In this document: positions 36,455 through 43,560 of the stretch, piece after piece | Layout: each line of letters opens with the position of its first letter | Position numbering within the stretch: the stretch's first letter is position 1 | IMG/VR virus record: IMGVR_UViG_3300037869_000009 | Location: 10,094-74,093 of that record | Strand: one strand, 5' to 3' | Source of the DNA: a virus | Length of the DNA stretch: 64,000 nt | Program-made: the position numbers and the translations under genes | The notes under the pieces: model-generated | Database searches by the model: none | The model's input: only the letters and a program-made list of their open reading frames with translations | Told to the model about the DNA's origin: nothing

Positions 36455-36550
36455 ACCAAATCGTGGCGCATCGCAGCACACCTGCAAACACCACAAATGC
36501 ACTTTGCGACCGCTCATCACTGAGATACTGTGCAGCGGGTGACGAAACCC

Positions 36551-37078
36551 ATGAAATGCGTGAACTGCGGGGCTCGGTTCACAACCGAGAACGCGATAGC
36601 GTTCGATGCCAGCACCGGGAAGCGTGTATCACGGGGCAATCAAAAAGTTGGAGTCGGTGACATGGGCCCGTGCCGCAACTGTGGCGAAGTCCTGATCTTC
36701 GATGGCCATCGCCTGCGGGAACCGCATCGTGCGGAATGGAACACACTACCAGGCTATATCCAGCTAGCCTTGATCAAAACCAGCCGCATGCTGGCAGCGG
36801 AGCGCCGGAAGCGCTTGAAGGCAAAGGAACCGGTTCCGATCACGGCACCCCTGAAGTGTCCGCGATGCGCGGTCCCATTTGACAACGCGTTGTGCCAGAA
36901 CGCGAGTGGCGACACACCGGGCACCGGATGCATGGGGTTGTGCAAGCGTTGTGGCGAAATGTTGGTGTTTGAGTCCAGCACCGTGATTCGCAGCGCCGGA
37001 CCACTTGAAATGGCTAGAGCGCCACGCGAGCTGTCGGAATGGAGCAAAGAGATCAAGGCCATGCGAAAACAGAACTGA
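36551..37078 (+). CDS. Tandem duplicated Zn-ribbon protein
   Basis: Two CxxC-x~25-CxxCGE.L.F units. Confidence 0.65.
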   Translation: MKCVNCGARFTTENAIAFDASTGKRVSRGNQKVGVGDMGPCRNCGEVLIFDGHRLREPHRAEWNTLPGYIQLALIKTSRMLAAERRKRLKAKEPVPITAPLKCPRCAVPFDNALCQNASGDTPGTGCMGLCKRCGEMLVFESSTVIRSAGPLEMARAPRELSEWSKEIKAMRKQN

Positions 37079-37079
37079 A

Positions 37080-37385
37080 ATGGCCTTCGATGAACCCAAA
37101 CTGTTCGTGATCTACAGGCACACCCCGAAGCACCCCGAAGCCGTGGTGGTGCGCCGCTTCGATCTGGTTTCCGATGGCACCGGGGGTGCAGTCGGGAAGC
37201 AGCGTGGCGATGACAAGGTGTTTACGTCGCTAGACAAAGCCAGGGGCTGGCTTCAACGCGTCCATCCCGACTTGGAAAAGACAACCCGTATCGATACCGA
37301 CCACTTCACTGTGGTGGAAAGCTGGACCACGTGGACACCTATCGCGACGATGCCGCTACTCAGTATTCCAGTTCAGAGAACATAG
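37080..37385 (+). CDS. Conserved phage hypothetical protein
   Basis: F.IY..TP.HP...VVRRF...E.W pattern. Confidence 0.65.
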   Translation: MAFDEPKLFVIYRHTPKHPEAVVVRRFDLVSDGTGGAVGKQRGDDKVFTSLDKARGWLQRVHPDLEKTTRIDTDHFTVVESWTTWTPIATMPLLSIPVQRT

Positions 37386-37756
37386 ACCACTGCGCCCAAG
37401 CGATCCGCAAAACACTGGTGGACCACAGCTGCGGTGGGTTCATCGTGGTGGTCAGCCCCGATGGCGCTGCATCGTTCAGTGAGTCCCCACCATGGGCTGG
37501 GATTCGTATCGAAGCCGAAGACAGTGGTCAAATCGTATTGCACTTCGATGCCCGAACCGTTGACCAAATCGAGTCAGCGTTACACTTCCTGACTTCAATC
37601 ACGCACTACTGCTTTCAGTTCGGGGGCCTGTTCCGCCACTTCGTGGAGCAATGCAGGGCCACGCTGAAAGAAGCCGGCATTGACCCCGGTGACGATGCAG
37701 CGGACAGCGATGAACTCGTGCTGTTCAGCCCCGTGGACAAAACCAAGGGGAACTGA
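37331..37756 (+). CDS. Hypothetical protein
   Basis: 141-aa ORF in the plus-strand block. Confidence 0.55.
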   Translation: MDTYRDDAATQYSSSENIDHCAQAIRKTLVDHSCGGFIVVVSPDGAASFSESPPWAGIRIEAEDSGQIVLHFDARTVDQIESALHFLTSITHYCFQFGGLFRHFVEQCRATLKEAGIDPGDDAADSDELVLFSPVDKTKGN

Positions 37757-38163
37757 TGACCACCGATAAAGTTTTCGCACAGGCAGTGGCCACCACGGTT
37801 TGCAACGTGATGAAGTGCAACGTAATGGTGAAAGCCTACGTTCCTGATACGGAACTGATCCTGGCAGTGGCGCGCAACGAAGTCCCCACGTACCAAATAA
37901 TCCGGACCCCGCTGGCCCCAGGCATGGCGCCAGACGAAATCATGGAAGCCGTAGTCCAGCAAGTCATGGTGGCGCTACCCCTGAAAAACGATTCACTGGA
38001 ACGCAACGTCAGAGTTCGAACCTGTGAGCACGAATGGACACGATCAAACCTCGGAAGTGGACCCGATGGCTACGTGGCGCAATGCGCGAAATGCTTGCGG
38101 ATGGCGGACTACCTGACGTCAAGCGCCACTTTCGAACTGTGGGGCCCAGCACTGAACCACTGA
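37756..38163 (+). CDS. Hypothetical protein with C-terminal CxH...CxxC
   Basis: Coupled ORF. Confidence 0.55.
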   Translation: MTTDKVFAQAVATTVCNVMKCNVMVKAYVPDTELILAVARNEVPTYQIIRTPLAPGMAPDEIMEAVVQQVMVALPLKNDSLERNVRVRTCEHEWTRSNLGSGPDGYVAQCAKCLRMADYLTSSATFELWGPALNH

Positions 38164-38510
38164 CGTTCCCGGTGGTGTCGCTACGTGAGTTCAGGATCAA
38201 GCATTGCACCGTGACGATGCGCGAGATCCCCACGGAGTGGCCGGACTCCGCATACAACAACGTGGAAATCAGCGTGGAACTTCAGGTCCCGAACATCAAC
38301 GAACCCCACAACCTGATCCGGACCCGGTTCGTTCAAGTCATGACCCGGGGTATCTGGGAAGGGATGCAGGCACGCAGCAACTTCGGAATCACGGAACCGC
38401 TATCGATGGCACGCGCCGTGATCCGGGACCAAATCGTCCACGCCTTGGCTCATGAGGTAGACGAATGGTTGACGGTCAACGGGATTCGCTGCGCGCCACA
38501 ACATCAGTGA
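38034..38510 (+). CDS. Hypothetical protein
   Basis: HALAHEVDEWL.V.G motif; long overlap with the previous ORF makes the start uncertain. Confidence 0.55.
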   Translation: MDTIKPRKWTRWLRGAMREMLADGGLPDVKRHFRTVGPSTEPLTFPVVSLREFRIKHCTVTMREIPTEWPDSAYNNVEISVELQVPNINEPHNLIRTRFVQVMTRGIWEGMQARSNFGITEPLSMARAVIRDQIVHALAHEVDEWLTVNGIRCAPQHQ

Positions 38511-38727
38511 CCCCCTTGTGTGGTAGCGCCGGCACAAACGCGGTCCAGTCAGCCTTCAGTGTCCATTTCTCCATCAACTCACGGTGCGGGATCTGGATCA
38601 CTTCAACGGCGCCGTGGCACCGCACCGTGATTACAAACGAATCCGAAAGCAAATCCACTTCGGTGTAGACGCATTGAACCTTGAATCCGCACACCGCACA
38701 GGTTGGTACCGGAAAATCCACGTTCAA
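38476..38727 (-). CDS. Hypothetical Cys protein
   Basis: P.CAVC...V.CHG; convergent with the plus block. Confidence 0.6.
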   Translation of the reverse strand: MNVDFPVPTCAVCGFKVQCVYTEVDLLSDSFVITVRCHGAVEVIQIPHRELMEKWTLKADWTAFVPALPHKGVTDVVARSESR

Positions 38728-38957
38728 CCTGCACTCCCCGCGGGTGGTACCACGACGTAGCGCCGGCCCTGTCGCTGGATGACCTTGCGAACTTCGAGCT
38801 CCACCAAAGCACGCTTCAGTCTGATTTCACAGAGCCCCGTGGAACCAAGCTCACGGAAAGTCGAAGGCCCGTGCTGCTTCAGGTATTCATGAACGCTGAA
38901 GCGGGCCATGGAGTGTTCTTCGGACACCGTTCGTTTCCGCAACGTCATTATTTCCAT
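38724..38957 (-). CDS. Small winged-HTH-like protein
   Basis: VHEYLKQHGP.TF.EL...ALVELE.RK.I...GRRY. Confidence 0.55.
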   Translation of the reverse strand: MEIMTLRKRTVSEEHSMARFSVHEYLKQHGPSTFRELGSTGLCEIRLKRALVELEVRKVIQRQGRRYVVVPPAGSAG

Positions 38958-38996
38958 CGTACCGCCAGGTTGGCTTCGAGTTCAGCAATACCCAAT

Positions 38997-39020
38997 AGTT
39001 GTCGCCCCGGGGCGACAACT
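38997..39020. repeat. Dispersed palindrome copy 6
   Basis: 24-bp perfect palindrome 2 nt after a stop codon. Confidence 0.95.
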
Positions 39021-39022
39021 GG

Positions 39023-39232
39023 TCAACGCGTGCGCTTCGCTCGCTCGCTCCACAGATACTGTGCCTTCCGAGCATGGGTGATCATCATCAACGCAAACAG
39101 AGCTAGTACCCACAAGGGTTCATGCTTCGCTGCCAGCAGCGCGGTGGCCCCGCTATAGGCCAGCGCGAAGAAGACGTGGAATCCGGGGACGTTATCCAGC
39201 TTGCAGTCACTTGGACCCATCAGTTGAACCAT
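39023..39232 (-). CDS. Small membrane protein
   Basis: Two hydrophobic segments. Confidence 0.5.
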   Translation of the reverse strand: MVQLMGPSDCKLDNVPGFHVFFALAYSGATALLAAKHEPLWVLALFALMMITHARKAQYLWSERAKRTR

Positions 39233-39844
39233 TCAAGCAACCACTGGGGGCCGATGCATATATGGCATTGGGTACAAAGGCGCGATCGGAAGTAGCGCAG
39301 CAACAAGCGCTGTGGCTACCTGCAAGGGCCCCGTGGTCATCGTATTGAGACGACGTCCCACGGTATCGATCTGCACTTCAGGCGGACTGCACAAGTCACG
39401 AAGCCAGGACTCAAACGCTGGCAGTGACCAGCGATCCGGTAACCACTGCGCCCCGAACACATCCCGTGGCACATGCATGGCGTTCCGATGATATGCGATG
39501 CGTTCATCCAGTTCTTCGTCTAACTCGAAACCCAGGAAAAATAGCGTCCAAATCCCCTTGGCCCTGCTGCGGGCCCGGGCCCGCGCATCCACAACTGTGG
39601 CAGCTCTACGAACCAACTTCGGACCAGCCCATTGCGCAGTCTTCGGAAACAAGCGGGCCATGAAATCACCACCACCACGTTCATCTAGAATATCGGTGTC
39701 CCACCATTTCAGACGTTCGGGGTCAGCTGATTTCTCACCAGCCCATGCCACCATGAACTGCAGTGCGAGTATGGAATCAAGCTCGCCAGCATCATGAACC
39801 ACGTTCCGCTGAACTGGCGTGGTCAACCAATCAGTCTTTGGCAT
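39233..39844 (-). CDS. brxE: BrxE-family (BREX type 6-like) protein
   Basis: LDSILALQFMVAWAGE...RLKWW.TD..DE.GG.D...RL.P.T..WA...AA..VD....LF.LGFELDE.LDER matches my recollection of myxobacterial BREX-6 BrxE; no other brx genes nearby. Confidence 0.7.
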   Translation of the reverse strand: MPKTDWLTTPVQRNVVHDAGELDSILALQFMVAWAGEKSADPERLKWWDTDILDERGGGDFMARLFPKTAQWAGPKLVRRAATVVDARARARSRAKGIWTLFFLGFELDEELDERIAYHRNAMHVPRDVFGAQWLPDRWSLPAFESWLRDLCSPPEVQIDTVGRRLNTMTTGPLQVATALVAALLPIAPLYPMPYMHRPPVVA

Positions 39845-40310
39845 GTGCCCTCTTCAGCCGGCGCTTCTGTTCCGCCAAGTAGATTTCAAAAGCCCTGTCT
39901 TTGTTGTGGGCGAAAAAGTGGGCTCGGGCCGCATCACTTCCATAGGTGTTGGAAGCGCCATGTATTGCCACTAGATCCAGATCAAACTTGAACGCGCTGC
40001 CTTCATCAAGTGCTATCTCCCACCACATAGCAAAGTTGCGAAGCTGTTCTTCATACGTTGGAAACCGCGCCACGAATACTTCGGTGTGTTCCGAACTTGG
40101 AACATCAGCACTACGTACGAAGTGCAACAGAATCGGGAACTCACCATCACACCTATATCTGTCATCGCGTCCGCCATCATCCATCCAGACATCGTGCGCC
40201 GGCCCATCAGGGCCGAACTCGGACAACACGCGGTGGGCCGCATAGACATACGCCTTCGACGGTTCCTCATGCGACTTCGGAACCGGTAAGTTGCGGGCCT
40301 TGACCCTCAT
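39831..40310 (-). CDS. Hypothetical protein
   Basis: 159 aa, operon context. Confidence 0.6.
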   Translation of the reverse strand: MRVKARNLPVPKSHEEPSKAYVYAAHRVLSEFGPDGPAHDVWMDDGGRDDRYRCDGEFPILLHFVRSADVPSSEHTEVFVARFPTYEEQLRNFAMWWEIALDEGSAFKFDLDLVAIHGASNTYGSDAARAHFFAHNKDRAFEIYLAEQKRRLKRAHAKD

Positions 40311-40876
40311 GCTGCCTTCTTCACAGCCACAACCTTGGCCCGGGACCGTTCATAGGCACGGCGCCACGTAGCCTTTGCACGTGCATAGCGTTTGGGATCG
40401 GCTTTGATGCGCTGATGCCTGGCCTTTGCAGTAGCCTTACTACGCGCAATGCTTTTCGCCCTATACACGGGATCGCGATGGTAGCGAGCAAAGCTGTAGG
40501 CCCGAACATAGGCCCGCTTGCGCTCCATTGCATCCGCACTCATGCGGGACCGATACACCTTAGCCTTAGCAAGCACGTCCTGTTTGTGGCGCTGGTAGTA
40601 ACACCGATCATACTCCCGTCGTCGCGCGACCCATGCAGGATCACAACGCTTCCCCGCGTAGTAGATACGTCGATCACATCGGGCCGCGCCGTTGAGCTCA
40701 CGTGCTTCCTGAACCCTACCCCGTAACACGCTGTGACGGCATTCCAAGGCGCAAACAATATCAGCGATGCGCCAGCTCAACGTTGCAAACTCTTCATTGA
40801 GTTCTTCACGAAGATTCGTCCAGCTCATTGGAACCCCCACTAGATCCCCGCCTGGTAGTAATATTCGATACGCCAC
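40307..40876 (-). CDS. Arg/Lys/Tyr-rich helical repeat protein (HNH N-terminal-like, no nuclease)
   Basis: RREYDRCYYQRHKQDVLAKAKVYR-type repeats. Confidence 0.55.
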   Translation of the reverse strand: MAYRILLPGGDLVGVPMSWTNLREELNEEFATLSWRIADIVCALECRHSVLRGRVQEARELNGAARCDRRIYYAGKRCDPAWVARRREYDRCYYQRHKQDVLAKAKVYRSRMSADAMERKRAYVRAYSFARYHRDPVYRAKSIARSKATAKARHQRIKADPKRYARAKATWRRAYERSRAKVVAVKKAA

Positions 40877-41436
40877 TCATGGCCACAGCCACCGAAGCCG
40901 GCATCATCATCAATGCAGCGGTGCAGGTAGTGAGCACGCGCTGCCCAGATGCCTTGATCTACGTGGCGCTTCCCACACTTCGGGCAGTTCAGATGACAGA
41001 ACGTGATGGTTTCAAACCCATACGCTATCGCGTTATCGGTGCAATGCACGGTGCCACGGGACCCCAGTAGCGGGAAGCTGAACACCTGGGTGACGTGGTC
41101 ATGGTGTTGAAGCTCCCGCAAGTGGTCCAGCATGGCAATGTTACGCTTAGGTCCAGCGACAACGCGCCCATACGTAGACCACTCCGCACGGAACGGAATC
41201 ACTTCGTGTCCCAGTTCCTTTGCCAACCTAGCCGCAATGGTATCGGCACCCCGGGCAGCGCCATGAATCACGATGGACCCCGGTGGTAGCGCTGCAAGGG
41301 GGCGACGAATCGCAGCTTCATCGGTCCAGTCCCGAGACCCAGTCACCACTACCGCGGGCACCTGCAGCGGTAGTGGTAGCTGAATCCACTTCGACACAAA
41401 AGGCTTCCGTTTACGTGCTGCGCTCACGCTATGCAC
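40840..41436 (-). CDS. YspA/DUF2493-type SLOG protein with C-terminal Zn ribbon
   Basis: VVVTGSRDW...VIHGAARGADTIA...W..YG..AGP.RN..ML; then CPKCG..H...H..HRC...CGHEW. Confidence 0.8.
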   Translation of the reverse strand: MHSVSAARKRKPFVSKWIQLPLPLQVPAVVVTGSRDWTDEAAIRRPLAALPPGSIVIHGAARGADTIAARLAKELGHEVIPFRAEWSTYGRVVAGPKRNIAMLDHLRELQHHDHVTQVFSFPLLGSRGTVHCTDNAIAYGFETITFCHLNCPKCGKRHVDQGIWAARAHYLHRCIDDDAGFGGCGHEWRIEYYYQAGI

Positions 41437-41833
41437 AGGTTGCCGCTACTGCACCAATAGGCGCCAGCTGGCGCGCAACACGCATCGCGGTCCCTTCCAC
41501 GAAATCCTGATCGATGTCACCTCGAAATGGGCCCGGGATGTAGGCGTGCGCTGCACCACATTCAATGAGCTGGACCCCAGGCATGCGACCCACGGCCCGT
41601 ACATCTAACAGTGATGCCGGTGTCGGTTCATCGATCCAGATCCAGGAGTGCGGAACCCCGGCCATTATGCCGTCCACTACCCGGCTGTAGATGCCAACGC
41701 TCTGCAGTATATTGGAAATGATCCGGGTAACTTCGTAGACCCGGACATCTTCATCAATCGCGCAAAGCACCATATTGGACAGCCGGTGTGCTTCACGGTG
41801 CAGCTTCGGGAACTGCAGCTGTGATGATTGCAT
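41429..41833 (-). CDS. Transglutaminase/papain-like fold, possibly inactive
   Basis: V.G......HSWI..D pattern; no obvious catalytic Cys. Confidence 0.4.
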   Translation of the reverse strand: MQSSQLQFPKLHREAHRLSNMVLCAIDEDVRVYEVTRIISNILQSVGIYSRVVDGIMAGVPHSWIWIDEPTPASLLDVRAVGRMPGVQLIECGAAHAYIPGPFRGDIDQDFVEGTAMRVARQLAPIGAVAATCA

Positions 41834-41875
41834 TTGGTGTCAACGCCCCCCTTCAACCTTTGGTTATGGCCACCC

Positions 41876-42349
41876 TTATGCGACCCGCTTGAAAGTACGC
41901 TTCCCAGCGCGCTTCTTACGGCTCAACCACGTTTCATGCCAAACCACGTGCTTCGCCTTGCAAGAATCGCAACGAACTCCATCAACATCTGGGGCCTTAC
42001 AATCAACGCATTGCCCTGCTTCCTTGCGTTCTGCATAGAGTCGCTTCGATAACTCGCGTCCATAGATGCGATGGGTCTTGCACTCAACGTATTTGTGACC
42101 ACCTAGCTTCCACGTCTTATCAACACATCGAATGCAAAGCCCTGCTTTCGTCTGCGCCTTACGCCACTTCATTTGAGTCAATGCCCATAACTCACGGCAC
42201 GTTCCACAATGCAAATACTCTGACCGATTGATACCATCGCATGCCTGGCAACGCTTCACGGTCTGGGTGCGCTTCCCAGACTCAATGACCCGTAACGGTG
42301 CAGAAGGTGGCTTCACTGACTTCCATATCGCTGTCGCTATTGATGGCAT
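41876..42349 (-). CDS. Cys-rich Zn-binding repeat protein
   Basis: KAGLCIRC...C..H / KEAGQCVDC...RCDSC repeats. Confidence 0.65.
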   Translation of the reverse strand: MPSIATAIWKSVKPPSAPLRVIESGKRTQTVKRCQACDGINRSEYLHCGTCRELWALTQMKWRKAQTKAGLCIRCVDKTWKLGGHKYVECKTHRIYGRELSKRLYAERKEAGQCVDCKAPDVDGVRCDSCKAKHVVWHETWLSRKKRAGKRTFKRVA

Positions 42350-42376
42350 TCCTGTTATCCTTTCGTTCCCCCCAGT

Positions 42377-42820
42377 CTACGACTTCAGTCCCCCAAGGCA
42401 GCGCTCACGAAACCCGTTCAATAGTTCAGCGGCCCGCGTAAACCCCACCTGCAACGTAAGCTCACATAAATCGCGTTCTTCGGGACTGCGGACCACGAAC
42501 CCGTTCACTTCAAGCGCTTGATCGTGGACATGGGTTGCGCGCTCACGTCGCTTCACCGCTACTTCCGGCATTATTTCCTGCGGTGCCGGGATCTCTACCC
42601 CGGGCTTCGCAAGGTAGTTCTTATCTACCTTCGTCCTTCGACCCCTTCGACCCCCAGGAGGGACCGGCTGGCCGGCTTTGCGCGCCTTCCTCCGGTCCGT
42701 GGTGCGCACCACATGAACTAGGCCCGGGGTTATCTTCAGTCCCGCCTTCTTCGCGGCTGCCACAACTTCTGCAGCGGGTACATTGAAGGGATACTTCCGC
42801 ACGAACTCTGATTTTGACAT
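42377..42820 (-). CDS. Basic nucleoid-associated-like protein
   Basis: MSKSEFVR...AAEVVAAAKKAGLKIT..LVHVVR and C-terminal L.L.VGF.RA.ELL..FR; resembles myxobacterial small basic proteins (recollection). Confidence 0.55.
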   Translation of the reverse strand: MSKSEFVRKYPFNVPAAEVVAAAKKAGLKITPGLVHVVRTTDRRKARKAGQPVPPGGRRGRRTKVDKNYLAKPGVEIPAPQEIMPEVAVKRRERATHVHDQALEVNGFVVRSPEERDLCELTLQVGFTRAAELLNGFRERCLGGLKS

Positions 42821-42933
42821 CTGCCCACGAATCCTTCGTGTATTCGCGTTGTGGGCTAGGGGCCCCACAACCATTTCCGGCATTCGCCGATTCTGTGGGC
42901 CTTATCGCATGTCCGTGGAATGGTCTAGTTTTT

Positions 42934-43497
42934 TTAGGCAGCCACGTCCCGATGGGTAGCCTGATGTGGGTGATCGGCCCCCCGGTCAACAAAGAGTTTT
43001 AGTTGCGCAGGGGGCCCAGGTTCATCAGATGGCTGGTCCTGGGATAGTTCAATAGGACCATAGGCCCGGTCCGCCACGGCTGACGCATACTTCATTTGTT
43101 GCACCGTGGACGATCCCACCTCCGTGGCGCCCAAGTTCATGGCCCCCAGACGGGAAGCTAGGATTTGGTCCCTGAGATCCAGCCACCGCTTGCGCCGTTC
43201 GGACTGCAGCGCATCGCGAACCCGGGCAGCGTAGTTCCGAACGCTGGCGTGGGTACGCTGCAATGCCGCTAGCTCGCGTTGCGTGGCTTCGTGGCGCCCC
43301 TTCTCTTCGTGGAACCAGGTCCGTACCTGGGTCAGCATGGCGTCCATGGAGCGCATCGCAGCCACCTCCAAAGCCAGGGCCGCGCGTTCCCGCTTCACGG
43401 GTTCAAGCTCCGTAGTCAGTTGCCCGTTTTCGATTCGAAGCGCTGCCACTTCGGCTTCGAGCTGCGCAACACGGTATTGCATCGCCTGATATTTCAC
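42934..43497 (-). CDS. Coiled-coil hypothetical protein
   Basis: Heptad-rich N-terminal two-thirds. Confidence 0.65.
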   Translation of the reverse strand: MKYQAMQYRVAQLEAEVAALRIENGQLTTELEPVKRERAALALEVAAMRSMDAMLTQVRTWFHEEKGRHEATQRELAALQRTHASVRNYAARVRDALQSERRKRWLDLRDQILASRLGAMNLGATEVGSSTVQQMKYASAVADRAYGPIELSQDQPSDEPGPPAQLKLFVDRGADHPHQATHRDVAA

Positions 43498-43560
43498 GTC
43501 CGCCTACCCTCCCGGGAGCCACCGCGGTCCCAACAAACCAATGGGAGTCAAGGCCCGATT

